From a virus (taxonomy: Duplodnaviria > Caudoviricetes), in IMG/VR virus record IMGVR_UViG_3300037067_007160, positions 32,001-96,000 of that record: DNA of 64,000 bases. One strand, given 5' to 3'. The position numbers and the translations under genes are program-made. Shown here in pieces: positions 42,223 to 52,294 of the stretch (within the stretch, counting starts at the first letter, position 1; each line of letters begins with the position of its first letter). A model generated the notes under the pieces. It did not search any database. It worked only from the letters and a program-made list of their open reading frames with translations, and had not been told where the DNA came from.

Positions 42223-44951
42223 CCATATCAGCAGCTGAGTTCGCTGCTTTTAAGGCAGATGTTGACGAACGTTTTGAAAACTTCGTATCCCAGCTTGCTC
42301 TCTTAAACGTTAGTATAACAACTCTACAGAGTTCAACAGGTTCTACAAGCTCTTCTAGTATTGATCTCGCAGTTCTAAAAGCTGATATAGATGAGCGTTT
42401 CGAAAACTTTGTATCACAACTTACACTACTTAATAATGATGTTGTTGCAATACAGAACACAACGGTAGTCACTGATTTTCCTGATGAAGAGCAACAGATA
42501 AGAGAGAAGTGGTTAAGTGCCTTTAGTGATGAGGTAGCTTCTCTTCTTGCTAATGTTAATAAAATAAATACCGATATTATCACATTACAAAGACTTGTTG
42601 GAGCTACAGAAGTAGATCACGGAAACCTAACTGGTCTATCTGATGATGACCACCAACAGTATCTATTAGCAAATGGAAGTAGGACGCTTGATGGATCTTT
42701 AACAGTTTCTGGAAGTGGAGTAGTAACAGGAGATATAAGAACAGGCGGATCCTACTATGGGGATGGGAGTCATCTTAGTGGAGTAGGTGTAGCAACTAAC
42801 CATAGTACTTTATCCAATCTTGGAGCTGATGATCATATTCAATATCTTAGGACGGATGGAACAAGAAATAGCACAGGAACACAACACTTTGATCAATCAC
42901 TTGTTGTTGATGGAAGTGGAGTTATCAATGGTGATGTTAGAACAGATGGAATAGTACATACTAAGGCAATACAGTTAAATACAGATCCAACAGTAACACA
43001 TAGGGACGGTCAGATATTTTATGATGCATCACATAGAACTTTAGGTGTTCATCTTGATAACGATATAACATTGCAGGTTGGTCAAGAGGAACATATATAT
43101 GTTACGAATAATACTGGTGTTGCGATAGCCAATGGTAAACCTGTATATATTTCTGGCGCTAGTGATGAATTCCCATATATTGCACTAGCAAAGGCCGATA
43201 ATTTTGCAACATCTTTTGTTGTTGGTTTAACAACACAACAAATACCAAGCGGACAGAAAGGTTATGTTTGTGTCCGTGGAATAGTGCATGATGTAGATAC
43301 TTCATCATGGGCAGCTGGTGACGAGCTATTTCTATCAGCAAATAATGCTGGAGGAATTGAGAACTATACGGCAGAAAGTCCATACTATGATGTAAGACTT
43401 GGGCGCGTACTTGTTTCAGACCCAACATCTGGATCGCTTTATGTTAGGCAGAGAGTCGCTACAAGACTAGATGATATTTCTGATGTTAATACATCTGGCG
43501 TTATTCTAGATCAAGTACTAAAATATAATGGTTCAAGTTGGGTCGCTGGAAGTCCAGTAACATCATCAGCATCTGTAGGTATTGACTTCTTTCAGGATGA
43601 TACAGTAATTGTTCCATTGTCAGGAACAGTAAATACGTTAGAGATAAATGCATTATCTAAAGTACCAGTACAAACAACAGAACACGTTGATAGTGTAGTA
43701 GTTACAGCTGCAACATCGCCAGTTACTGGAGAAGCGTATCTATATAATACAGCACTAAATAGGTTGACTTTAGATGCTGGTATATGGACTTTTAATACGT
43801 ATGCTTCTGTTAGCTCTGTTGGTGGTGGAAGAGTATCTAGTATTAAGAGAAATATATTCAAAGTTAGTGAAGGAACTGGTACAGTAACAATAACTAACTT
43901 GGGTGTTGGAACGAAAACTGTAACAGCATCGTCTGGCAATCCATTTCCTGTAGGAATAGATAATGTTAATAAAGCACTGGCTGGATGGATCCAAACACCC
44001 ATCGGTCTTTATCAGGTTATAGCTCGTGCAAGTTCTACAAGTGTTACTATCTCAGTTCCTACTGGTTACACAACCGAGACAGCTGTTGCATATAGTGTTT
44101 GGAACTATATAGGAACATCACAAACTAGTACGATAACAGCGATAACAACCAACTACTCTTTATATACATCTGAAATTAGTTTAGCTGCTGTCACAACACT
44201 ATTAACAGATAAACTTGGTGAAATAGTATTTGGTATTAGTAATAATAACACAACTATATATTGGACACATAATGGAACATCACATTATAGCAACTTTAGA
44301 ACACCACTAATAACACTGCACAATAATCTAGCTGGACTTCAAGGTGGATCAAGTAATGAGTATTATCACTTAAGTTCTGCTAATTATACTGATTTGACAG
44401 ATGGTGGAGCAACAACTCTTCATAAACATGATCATGGTAGTATGGATGACCTTAGCCATGATGATCATCCACAATATGCATTAGTCAATGGTTCAAGAAA
44501 CTTTACGGGAACTGAACGATTTGAAAAAGATATCAATGTATCTGGTAGCGGGGTATTTGAGAATGGTTTGTACGTTAATGGACAAATACATGGAGAAAAA
44601 CGAACAGTTAGATTCGTAATGGATAATGGTAGTAGTGAAATATCAACTGGACTTATTAATGCTCAAGTAAAGTTGCCCTATGCTATAAACTTAAGTGAGT
44701 GGTCGATTTTAGCTACTCCATCTGGTAATATTGAGTTGGACATTTTAATGGGTAATCCAACATCTCTTCCTCCAACAGAAAGTATTACTGGTAGTGAACA
44801 ACCATACGTAACAGGAGATAGATACAATAGTTCTACTCTACTCACTGGATGGACAGATACTATTCCAGAAGATAAAGTATTGGATGTTAATGTTGTATCT
44901 TGTAGTGGTGTTACTAAATGTTTTCTCGATCTTTATGGAGTAGAGGTTTAA
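42207..44951 (+). CDS. tail fibre/spike protein with H..L..L..DDH.QY repeats
   Basis: Duplicated KAD.DERFENFVSQL; repeats DHGNLTGLSDDDHQQYL, NHSTLSNLGADDHIQYL, DHGSMDDLSHDDHPQY. Confidence 0.65.
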   Translation: MSSEVTISAAEFAAFKADVDERFENFVSQLALLNVSITTLQSSTGSTSSSSIDLAVLKADIDERFENFVSQLTLLNNDVVAIQNTTVVTDFPDEEQQIREKWLSAFSDEVASLLANVNKINTDIITLQRLVGATEVDHGNLTGLSDDDHQQYLLANGSRTLDGSLTVSGSGVVTGDIRTGGSYYGDGSHLSGVGVATNHSTLSNLGADDHIQYLRTDGTRNSTGTQHFDQSLVVDGSGVINGDVRTDGIVHTKAIQLNTDPTVTHRDGQIFYDASHRTLGVHLDNDITLQVGQEEHIYVTNNTGVAIANGKPVYISGASDEFPYIALAKADNFATSFVVGLTTQQIPSGQKGYVCVRGIVHDVDTSSWAAGDELFLSANNAGGIENYTAESPYYDVRLGRVLVSDPTSGSLYVRQRVATRLDDISDVNTSGVILDQVLKYNGSSWVAGSPVTSSASVGIDFFQDDTVIVPLSGTVNTLEINALSKVPVQTTEHVDSVVVTAATSPVTGEAYLYNTALNRLTLDAGIWTFNTYASVSSVGGGRVSSIKRNIFKVSEGTGTVTITNLGVGTKTVTASSGNPFPVGIDNVNKALAGWIQTPIGLYQVIARASSTSVTISVPTGYTTETAVAYSVWNYIGTSQTSTITAITTNYSLYTSEISLAAVTTLLTDKLGEIVFGISNNNTTIYWTHNGTSHYSNFRTPLITLHNNLAGLQGGSSNEYYHLSSANYTDLTDGGATTLHKHDHGSMDDLSHDDHPQYALVNGSRNFTGTERFEKDINVSGSGVFENGLYVNGQIHGEKRTVRFVMDNGSSEISTGLINAQVKLPYAINLSEWSILATPSGNIELDILMGNPTSLPPTESITGSEQPYVTGDRYNSSTLLTGWTDTIPEDKVLDVNVVSCSGVTKCFLDLYGVEV

Positions 44952-44952
44952 T

Positions 44953-45399
44953 ATGGCAAAGACTGAAATTATTGGAAAAAGACTTTATAATTGGAATAAG
45001 GATGGATCAGCTGGTATTATTAAAGACACCATCTTTCGCAGATGTTTCTGGCCTGTATCTGATGTACCACTCTTTCCTTTTGCTGATGGAAGTAGTGGAA
45101 TAGAAGTGGAGGGTCCACCAACACCAAGGAATATTCGATTTCCCAATGACACTAAGTTCCTCAATGGTACTCGCGGTGACTGCTTCTATTCTGTGACTAT
45201 TAAGAAAGACCAGGATGTAGTGAAAACTGTCGAGGTTGTAAAGACCGGTGTTACCGTCGAACCTGGCAAGGTGAAGGATGTGAAGTACACCGATACCGTC
45301 ACCGTCAAAGAGGACGTGCGCGAGGTGACGGAAATTCCTGTTCCTGTCTACAAAACAGTTAAGGAGTTGAAGGTGAACGGAAATGGAAAGGTAAAATAG
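44953..45399 (+). CDS. hypothetical protein
   Basis: ORF with RBS GAGG; Val/Lys/Thr-rich C-terminus. Confidence 0.55.
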   Translation: MAKTEIIGKRLYNWNKDGSAGIIKDTIFRRCFWPVSDVPLFPFADGSSGIEVEGPPTPRNIRFPNDTKFLNGTRGDCFYSVTIKKDQDVVKTVEVVKTGVTVEPGKVKDVKYTDTVTVKEDVREVTEIPVPVYKTVKELKVNGNGKVK

Positions 45400-45400
45400 C

Positions 45401-46726
45401 GTGGGAACTCTTTATATCGACACAGGTGGATCAGCCACTAATAGCGGAAGCCGTGACGAGAATGCAGCAATCCTGACGGGATCAGCAGCTACTGCATCTG
45501 GCGTTGTTGTTTCTCTCGATGGAAGCCCCGACCTATCATCGGTTATCTATACTGCTGGACCTACACAAGACAGTATCTATCTTGCACAGGCAACGAACTC
45601 CAATCAGAAAATATTTTGGATAACAAACATTGATAATGTAGCGAAAACAGTAACGACTAATGTGGCTCCAACGGGTATTGTGTCCTCGGCGTGGGCGATT
45701 GGTGGAAGGCACGTCCTTACGAACGCATCCATTGAAGGAGCCCCACGCGCTGGGGATGTAATCCAGTTTAACAATAGTCCAGCAGCAAGCGCTTCGACAC
45801 TTTGGACATGCCGCACAGCAGGGGACAATACGTCGGGCTGGATCACTCTACGAGGGAAGGCCGGGACGCGTCCGGTTCTCACGAATACGTCGACGAACTG
45901 GTGCATAAACGCAAACAACCAGGCGTATTGGAAAATCGAGAACCTGGAACTGCAACAACAAGGCGCGTCAGGTAACGCTCTTACATTTTCTGGATACTGG
46001 CAACTCAAAAATGTAAAAGTCAGTGACAGTGCTGGGGGATTCAACATCAGTATAGGGAACATCATTGCCGACTCTGAGTTTTCCGGCATCGGGGGTACTG
46101 TGTTTTCCGCCCCAGGAGGGGCGCAAAGTCTCCAAGTGCTCAACAGTTATATCCATGACAACACTGGGAATGTTCTTAGTCTCTGGTCGACAGCTAGCTT
46201 CGTGATTTTTCATAACAATATCGTCGATAGTATGACCGGGAAAGGACTTTACATCGCGGCGGCTTACACGTCGCCGAACATGCCTATTTGGATAACGCAA
46301 AACACGTTCTATAGGTGCGGCGATAGTGCTATAGAAATAACAGACAAGGACGTTGGGCCCGTCATTCTCTACAACAACATCTTCAAGGACAATGGAAATG
46401 CCGCTGGAGAATACAACTTTGAGCAGACTGGTGGAACCTTTAATGCATCTGGCGGAATCTCTCGGAGCAATATTTTCAGCATCGATGGTATTGTTGGGGG
46501 TGGAAACACCTATGGAATCACGCTAGACTCCACTGATATTGTAGCCGATCCTCTCTTTGTTGATGCCCCTAATGGTGATTTTTCTCTTCAATCCACTTCA
46601 CCAGCTAAGGCAGGGGGATATCCCGGAGTATTCCTGGGTGGTCCTATCGGATACCTTGACATTGGAGCGGTGCAACGACAGGAAGAAAATAGTTCTGTAC
46701 AAAAGGCCTATTCATTTATTGGATAG
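45401..46726 (+). CDS. right-handed beta-helix protein (tailspike/depolymerase-like)
   Basis: Repeated I.N..I.DN/F.NN turns; C-terminal DPLFVD...GDFSLQSTSPA..DIGAVQ. Confidence 0.7.
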   Translation: MGTLYIDTGGSATNSGSRDENAAILTGSAATASGVVVSLDGSPDLSSVIYTAGPTQDSIYLAQATNSNQKIFWITNIDNVAKTVTTNVAPTGIVSSAWAIGGRHVLTNASIEGAPRAGDVIQFNNSPAASASTLWTCRTAGDNTSGWITLRGKAGTRPVLTNTSTNWCINANNQAYWKIENLELQQQGASGNALTFSGYWQLKNVKVSDSAGGFNISIGNIIADSEFSGIGGTVFSAPGGAQSLQVLNSYIHDNTGNVLSLWSTASFVIFHNNIVDSMTGKGLYIAAAYTSPNMPIWITQNTFYRCGDSAIEITDKDVGPVILYNNIFKDNGNAAGEYNFEQTGGTFNASGGISRSNIFSIDGIVGGGNTYGITLDSTDIVADPLFVDAPNGDFSLQSTSPAKAGGYPGVFLGGPIGYLDIGAVQRQEENSSVQKAYSFIG

Positions 46727-46759
46727 GTTGGATAATATTACGTTAGGACGAGGTATTAT

Positions 46760-47041
46760 ATGAACGAAAAAGGACTGTTTAATAGAATATGCACAGCATG
46801 GCCAGTTGTTGTATCGTTTGCTGGACTCATGGCAGCAGTAGCAAGCTTCTTTATATGGTATGGTGGTTGGTCATATAGAGCGGATATTCTCAATAATACT
46901 GTAGCAAAATCTGTCGAAAGGTTGGACAACCAAGAGAAGCGGATCTCAGAAGTAGAACGGGCTGTAAGAGAAATTCCGGAAATGAGATCTGAGATTAAGC
47001 GCATTCTCGAAATAGTGTTGTCCATAAAGAGGAATGGATAA
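46760..47041 (+). CDS. membrane-anchored coiled-coil protein (holin/lysis-like)
   Basis: N-terminal TM helix plus coiled coil. Confidence 0.5.
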   Translation: MNEKGLFNRICTAWPVVVSFAGLMAAVASFFIWYGGWSYRADILNNTVAKSVERLDNQEKRISEVERAVREIPEMRSEIKRILEIVLSIKRNG

Positions 47042-47303
47042 GAGCGATGTACTTTATGCAATATCAATTTTCATCTTCTTCTTCTTCCCACTCATGGGAG
47101 GAATGTTCTACGTTGTTAGTATTATAGATCCAATAGCAAATCACCTTGAAACGATAAACAGAAGGCAGGAGAATCACGAGGAAAGACTTATCAATATAGA
47201 AGATAACATAGTTGATATTGTACAGATGAGAGAAGAACTAGAAAAGATTAGGAATAAACTCGAACAATTACAGAAGGAAAAGAGGAATGAATGGCAAAAT
47301 TAA
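47034..47303 (+). CDS. membrane-anchored coiled-coil protein
   Basis: TM helix plus coiled coil; similar to upstream ORF (QEKRISEVE vs HEERLINIE). Confidence 0.5.
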   Translation: MDKSDVLYAISIFIFFFFPLMGGMFYVVSIIDPIANHLETINRRQENHEERLINIEDNIVDIVQMREELEKIRNKLEQLQKEKRNEWQN

Positions 47304-47971
47304 TTCCCTATCCTAAATTTGATACTGTATCTCCTGAACAGGTGCTTAAGGCCAGCATCTGGCTCTTCTATGGTGGAAATAAGGTTACTGAGTTCTTTGG
47401 AAATCATGTATATAAGCATCCATTCTGGCCAGCTGCCTTTCATGCTGCCGGAGGACTTGGTGGTGCCGAAATGCTTAATATTGGCATTGAAGCAACAATT
47501 AAGGATGTTAGAAAGGAATATCAAGAGACTAGAAGGATCGACGTTATTGAGCTACTTGACCTTACCGACTTCGAGCGAGATATAATCTGTAGGAAGTTTA
47601 GAAGAGATGCTGGTAACAATATATACGATGCCGGTGGATACGCTAGAATGGGTAGCAAGTTCTGGGTCCTCCGTTTCCTAAAGAATATACATGCTTCTGA
47701 TAAGAATGACTTCTGTTCAGATAACGTAGTTGATAACTTCTCTGAACCTCCATTAAGGAGGAAGGGAGAAGCTGATGAAGAATATAACAGTCTCTTGCTT
47801 CCAAGGAAAATAGAAGTAAGCTACCTCTCATCAGAGGATACGGCACCATGGCATCTCTTAGAACATGCCATAGACAAGAACTTTCAGAATGGAACAAGGA
47901 GAATAAGGACTGTTCATATTGGGCCCGACTTTCTAGCAGCTCAAAAGAAAAAATTTCCTGAGCTAACCTAG
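47291..47971 (+). CDS. permuted papain-like (YiiX/NlpC-P60) enzyme
   Basis: FHAA..YD..DFCSDNV, His-before-Cys order. Confidence 0.55.
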   Translation: MAKLIPYPKFDTVSPEQVLKASIWLFYGGNKVTEFFGNHVYKHPFWPAAFHAAGGLGGAEMLNIGIEATIKDVRKEYQETRRIDVIELLDLTDFERDIICRKFRRDAGNNIYDAGGYARMGSKFWVLRFLKNIHASDKNDFCSDNVVDNFSEPPLRRKGEADEEYNSLLLPRKIEVSYLSSEDTAPWHLLEHAIDKNFQNGTRRIRTVHIGPDFLAAQKKKFPELT

Positions 47972-48037
47972 CCAGGGAAGGACTACCGCAAGGAGTCCAT
48001 CACACGCGAGCCTATGAGGCCGCAAAAGGAGAAACAC

Positions 48038-48508
48038 ATGTTCAAGACGTTTATGCCATTAGTAAACATCGACGAAGACTTCGATGGAGTGTTTGATAGA
48101 CTCCATGATCAACTTATGAATTCCCTAAGTCAAAAGAGTGGCTTCATTAAGTTAATCGGAGATTCTTCCTACCCAAAGTGTAATGTACGTGTGGATGGCA
48201 ATGATGTTGTATTCGATATTGCCATTCCATATCACAGAAGTGAAGATGTAAAGGTTAGCATAGAGGACAACGTCCTTACAATCTCTGGACAGTCAGCGGC
48301 GCCAAAGGCTGATGAAGTATTCCTTCTCAGGGAAATACCCCAGAGATCATTTGCAAGATCGTGGAGGCTTCCTGCAGTTCCATCTAGAGTTCTAAGCGAG
48401 AGTGACATTGCCGCCGATTATAAGGACGGTCTGCTCACAATTCGTGTCAAAGAACTTATACCTCCCAAGGTTGAAAAGAAGCGAATTGACATTAAACTAA
48501 GCAAGTAG
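48038..48508 (+). CDS. small heat shock protein Hsp20
   Basis: SYPKCNV..DVKVSIEDNVLTISG..REI..RSFARSWRLP..ADYKDGLLTI. Confidence 0.92.
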   Translation: MFKTFMPLVNIDEDFDGVFDRLHDQLMNSLSQKSGFIKLIGDSSYPKCNVRVDGNDVVFDIAIPYHRSEDVKVSIEDNVLTISGQSAAPKADEVFLLREIPQRSFARSWRLPAVPSRVLSESDIAADYKDGLLTIRVKELIPPKVEKKRIDIKLSK

Positions 48509-48514
48509 TATAAT
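48486..48514 (+). promoter_or_regulatory. consensus sigma70-type promoter of nrdJ
   Basis: TTGACA-17 nt-TATAAT; a GC-rich leader hairpin follows at 48530-48570. Confidence 0.8.
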
Positions 48515-48587
48515 CTCAGATCATAGTACTGGTCAGTGGAGGCGTAGTATACGCTGCGCCTCCATTACCATTTTGAGGAGAGAACAA

Positions 48588-50441
48588 ATGAATCCATCTA
48601 ACAAACTCTTGTCGGATATCGTTGCTTTTAGAACGTACGCTCGATATATATCTAATCTATCAAGACGAGAATCATTGGAAGAAACGATTAACCGAAATAT
48701 GGTAATGCATCTTGAGAGATTTCCAGCTCTCTCAAAAGATATTATCAAAGCATATGGGTTGGTTCATGACAAACTTGTTATGCCTTCAATGAGAGCCCTT
48801 CAGTTCTCTGGCGAGGCTGTAAGAAGGAATAACCTTCGTCTCTTTAACTGCTCCTATCTCTCTATAGATGATCCACACGCTTTCGCTGAAGTCCTCTACC
48901 TCCTTCTATCAGGTACAGGAGTCGGCTACTCCGTTCAGAAGAAACACATTAACAAGCTTCCTATCGTTGGTAGTCCGAGAGAGGATAACATATTCAAGAT
49001 TCATGACTCCATAGAAGGTTGGGCACAGGCTATCCACGTTCTTGCTGAAGCCTACTTCTATAGTAGAATTCGCCCAATATTTGACTACTCACAGATAAGG
49101 GTACGAGGGGCCAGACTATCTACTACAGGAGCAAAGGCTCCTGGGCCAGAACCACTTAAACATATGCTAGAAACAGTTGAGAAGAAGTTTCAGAATGCAA
49201 GAGGAAGAAGGTTACGTCCAATAGAGGTTCATGATATCGCATGTATTGTTAGTGACTGCGTCCTCGCTGGCGGAGTACGTAGATCTGCCATGATTAGCCT
49301 ATTTGATAGGGATGATAAGGAGATGCTTACCTGTAAGAGTGGTGAGTGGTACATACAACATCCATATAGAGCTAGGGCTAATAATAGTGTTGTCCTTCCA
49401 AGGAAAGAGGTTACAAAAGAAGAGTTTGAGCATATCTTCAAGATAACAGAGGAGAGTGGGGCCGGCGAACCTGGCTTCACATGGACAAGCAATTCTGACA
49501 TGGGCGTCAATCCATGTTCAGAGATATCTCTCTTTTCCAATCAACTCTGTAACCTCACTAGCATTAATCAAAGGGGAATTGAAGATAAGGCCGACTTCCT
49601 TAGAAGAGTAAATGCTGCTACCCTTATTGGTACTCTTCAAGCTGCTTATACTGACTTTCCATTTGTTAGACCAGTATGGAAAGAAGTGACTGAGAGAGAA
49701 GCTCTCCTTGGAGTTTCATTCACGGGCATTGCTGATAGTGGTAGCAAAATTACTAATGATTGGCTTGAAGAAGGAGCCATCTATGCGAAAGAAGTTAATG
49801 AACGGATAGCGAAGAAGATTGGTATAAATCTTGCAGCACGAATAACCTGTGTTAAACCAGAAGGAACACTATCAACTATTGTTGGTTCATCTTCTGGAAT
49901 TCATGCACGACATGCGCCATATTACATACGAAGAATTCGTATGAGTAAGAACGATGATCTAGCTCATTATCTATCTAATACAATACCCGATCTTGTAGAA
50001 GATGATATTGCAGCAGCCAATACTGTAGTCGTGTCAATACCGCAAGAAGCACCAGATGGTGCTATTGTAAGGAATCAGGAAACTGCTCTAGACCTCCTTG
50101 ATCGTGTAATGCGCTACAATAATAACTGGGTAAAACCAGGACATAGAAGTGGAGATAATCTTCACAATGTGAGTTGTACTGTGTCTGTGAAACCTGATGA
50201 GTGGAACAAGGTTGGTGAGTTCATGTGGAAACACAGGGCCAATTACACAGGTATCTCCCTTCTACCATATGATGGAGGAGAATATAAACAAATGCCTTTC
50301 GAAGAATGTACAAAAGATAGGTATGATGAACTGATGTCGCATATAAAGACCATTAACTTAAGGGAAATACATGAGAATGATGATATGACGGAATTTACTA
50401 AGACTGTAGCATGTTCTGGTGGAAAATGTGAACTTATATAA
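48588..50441 (+). CDS. nrdJ: class II (adenosylcobalamin-dependent) ribonucleotide reductase
   Basis: RTYAR, MPSMR, FNC, GGVRRSA, NPCSEI, LCNL, TCVKPEGT, C-terminal CSGGKC. Confidence 0.93.
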   Translation: MNPSNKLLSDIVAFRTYARYISNLSRRESLEETINRNMVMHLERFPALSKDIIKAYGLVHDKLVMPSMRALQFSGEAVRRNNLRLFNCSYLSIDDPHAFAEVLYLLLSGTGVGYSVQKKHINKLPIVGSPREDNIFKIHDSIEGWAQAIHVLAEAYFYSRIRPIFDYSQIRVRGARLSTTGAKAPGPEPLKHMLETVEKKFQNARGRRLRPIEVHDIACIVSDCVLAGGVRRSAMISLFDRDDKEMLTCKSGEWYIQHPYRARANNSVVLPRKEVTKEEFEHIFKITEESGAGEPGFTWTSNSDMGVNPCSEISLFSNQLCNLTSINQRGIEDKADFLRRVNAATLIGTLQAAYTDFPFVRPVWKEVTEREALLGVSFTGIADSGSKITNDWLEEGAIYAKEVNERIAKKIGINLAARITCVKPEGTLSTIVGSSSGIHARHAPYYIRRIRMSKNDDLAHYLSNTIPDLVEDDIAAANTVVVSIPQEAPDGAIVRNQETALDLLDRVMRYNNNWVKPGHRSGDNLHNVSCTVSVKPDEWNKVGEFMWKHRANYTGISLLPYDGGEYKQMPFEECTKDRYDELMSHIKTINLREIHENDDMTEFTKTVACSGGKCELI

Positions 50442-50922
50442 GAGAAGGAAAACGGGAGGAAGGACAAAATATCTTGGATATTGTGTTGATTGTAAGATAG
50501 AAAAGACACAAAGATGGTATAGACTTAAAGAGAACAAATCAATGGCAAGATGCCAACATTGTTATGGAAAACTTAGACTTTGCAATAAACAAGTAAGAGA
50601 AATAAGAAATAAGCAAAGAAAAGAATGGGGAGAGAAATATGCGTACAGAGTATTTCTCAATCTAGTAAAATATAAGAAGTACACAACAGATATAACAAAT
50701 GAGGAATATCTAACCTATATAAAACAACCATGTCATTATTGTGGAGGTAGCCTTCCAAATAGCGGCATTCGTCTTGATAGGGTAGATAATACGATAGGAT
50801 ATCTAAACTCAAATGTCGTTCCTTGTTGTAAAACTTGTAATATTGCAAAGAACAACAAGTCAGTAGAAGAGTTTAAGGTATGGGTTATCAATGTCTACAA
50901 TAAATTTCAAATAGTTAAATGA
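50419..50922 (+). CDS. free-standing HNH endonuclease
   Basis: CHYCG..LDRVDNTIGY..SNVVPCCKTCNIAK; AT-rich; overlaps nrdJ stop. Confidence 0.8.
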   Translation: MENVNLYKRRKTGGRTKYLGYCVDCKIEKTQRWYRLKENKSMARCQHCYGKLRLCNKQVREIRNKQRKEWGEKYAYRVFLNLVKYKKYTTDITNEEYLTYIKQPCHYCGGSLPNSGIRLDRVDNTIGYLNSNVVPCCKTCNIAKNNKSVEEFKVWVINVYNKFQIVK

Positions 50923-50934
50923 TATAATTCCAAC

Positions 50935-51624
50935 ATGGAACCAAACTACTCACTTCAAAGGCCAGATTATGCCCTTCAGACGGGGTGGACACCAATACCA
51001 CATGCTGTAGTACGGGTCTCCAACAATACCATATCTATTCTCTGTAATAGATCTACATACATATCAGTTGGTGATAAGATACTTCTAACACAGACGACTG
51101 ATAAGTACTTCGAAGTTACCAACATATCAGTTGTTGGAAATACAACAACAATAACTCTTAGTAGTCCTGAGGGTAGTGTTGTGAGCACTGACACAATCTA
51201 CTATTCCTACTTCTCCAAGAATGATAGACCCTATGGTTATACTTCGGTGGGAAGGTTCAAGGCAGGAAGTTTCTTGACACCACATGGTGCTGATCCTGAT
51301 GTCCAAAGTGTGACAGGTATTGGATTTAAGCCAAAGGCTATTGTATTTCTTGGCGTTTGTGGCCAGACTCCATCTGCTGAAAATGGTATAGGAGTTGGTA
51401 TAACAGATGGAACTTCCTCCTTCTCCATTGTAGGATATACAGTAGATGGTGGAGCCTCTGGTGGAGAAGGACCAACTGCGAATACGGTTTTCCAACAGAT
51501 AGATACTGTAGGCGCCATAACTATGAGCGCCAATCTAACTTCTATGGATGTTGATGGATTCACCCTTCTATATAGTTCAAAAGCAGTGAATCCATATGTC
51601 ATTGCCTATCTTGCTATGGGATAA
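50935..51624 (+). CDS. virion/fibre-like protein, probably leaderless
   Basis: VTGIGFKPKAI..DVDGFTL..YLAMG fibre-tip-like motifs; ATG 6 nt after TATAAT. Confidence 0.55.
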   Translation: MEPNYSLQRPDYALQTGWTPIPHAVVRVSNNTISILCNRSTYISVGDKILLTQTTDKYFEVTNISVVGNTTTITLSSPEGSVVSTDTIYYSYFSKNDRPYGYTSVGRFKAGSFLTPHGADPDVQSVTGIGFKPKAIVFLGVCGQTPSAENGIGVGITDGTSSFSIVGYTVDGGASGGEGPTANTVFQQIDTVGAITMSANLTSMDVDGFTLLYSSKAVNPYVIAYLAMG

Positions 51625-51695
51625 TAGTGATATAATAATAGTAATATACATGTGGCGCCTCTGTCTATGACACGCGCAAACTCCACATGTTTTAT

Positions 51696-51762
51696 GGGCC
51701 TTGGTGAGGACGCATAGAGCGTACCTGACACCTTAAGATAGGTTTTACTCCTATCTGGTCCA
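51696..51762 (+). ncRNA. tRNA-like RNA (acceptor plus T arm, no canonical D or anticodon arm)
   Basis: GGGCC/GGTCC-A acceptor with G3:U70, AGATAGG-TTTTACT-CCTATCT arm, one long internal hairpin; alternative 3' end with CCA at 52294-52313. Confidence 0.6.
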
Positions 51763-51819
51763 AACTAGCAAAGATAGCCACCTCCACGTGGTGCTAGTTG
51801 GATAACGCTAAGAGCTATC
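51763..51819 (+). ncRNA. minimal HDV-like (theta-type) self-cleaving ribozyme
   Basis: P1 AACTAGC/GCTAGTT, P2 GATAGC/GCTATC, P3 ACC/GGT, L3 TCCACGT, P1.1 CC/GG, J4/2 GCTAA, no P4. Confidence 0.85.
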
Positions 51820-51847
51820 ACACAGGACGAAGGTCCAGGAGGATACA

Positions 51848-52294
51848 ATGGGAAATAATTCAAATTCCAAGAAAGATAGACTATTGGGAATACCACACGG
51901 AACTGCTAATGGACAGTTACGAAAAATGTTGGTCTTTGACATGGCTAAACGTCTTGGATTACTAGACTGCTATAGATGTAAAGAACCTATTCTTAAGATA
52001 AGAGATTTTTCTATAGAACATAAAATACCATGGCAGTCATCTGAAGAACCAAAAGTAGCATTCTTTGACTTAGAAAACATTGCTTTCTCACACTTAAGTT
52101 GCAATAGTGGTGCGGGCAGTGGAAGTGGAAGAACCATTATATATCCTGAAGGGCAGAAGTGGTGTGGTATATGTAAATCGTTCAAATCACTCACAGAGTT
52201 TCCTGCCTGTGCAAAACGAGATAGAAGTAGAAACTGTAAAGAATGTCATAGCAACTTAATGGCAAAATGGAGAGAAAGAACGGGAAGACACTAA
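51848..52294 (+). CDS. HNH homing endonuclease (paralog of 56434-56838)
   Basis: GTA..LRK..CYRC..DFSIEHKIPW..NIAFSHLSCN; RBS AGGAGG. Confidence 0.8.
   Translation: MGNNSNSKKDRLLGIPHGTANGQLRKMLVFDMAKRLGLLDCYRCKEPILKIRDFSIEHKIPWQSSEEPKVAFFDLENIAFSHLSCNSGAGSGSGRTIIYPEGQKWCGICKSFKSLTEFPACAKRDRSRNCKECHSNLMAKWRERTGRH

Noticed and set aside
95-51602. Numerous minus-strand and alternate-frame ORFs inside long + strand genes
   Set aside because: Fully nested in well-supported genes, with no RBS or recognisable motifs
51648-51840. HEARO/omega-RNA-type guide RNA for the downstream HNH
   Set aside because: The protein is 148 aa with no RuvC or PLMP motifs; the RNA is explained by a tRNA mimic plus an HDV-like ribozyme
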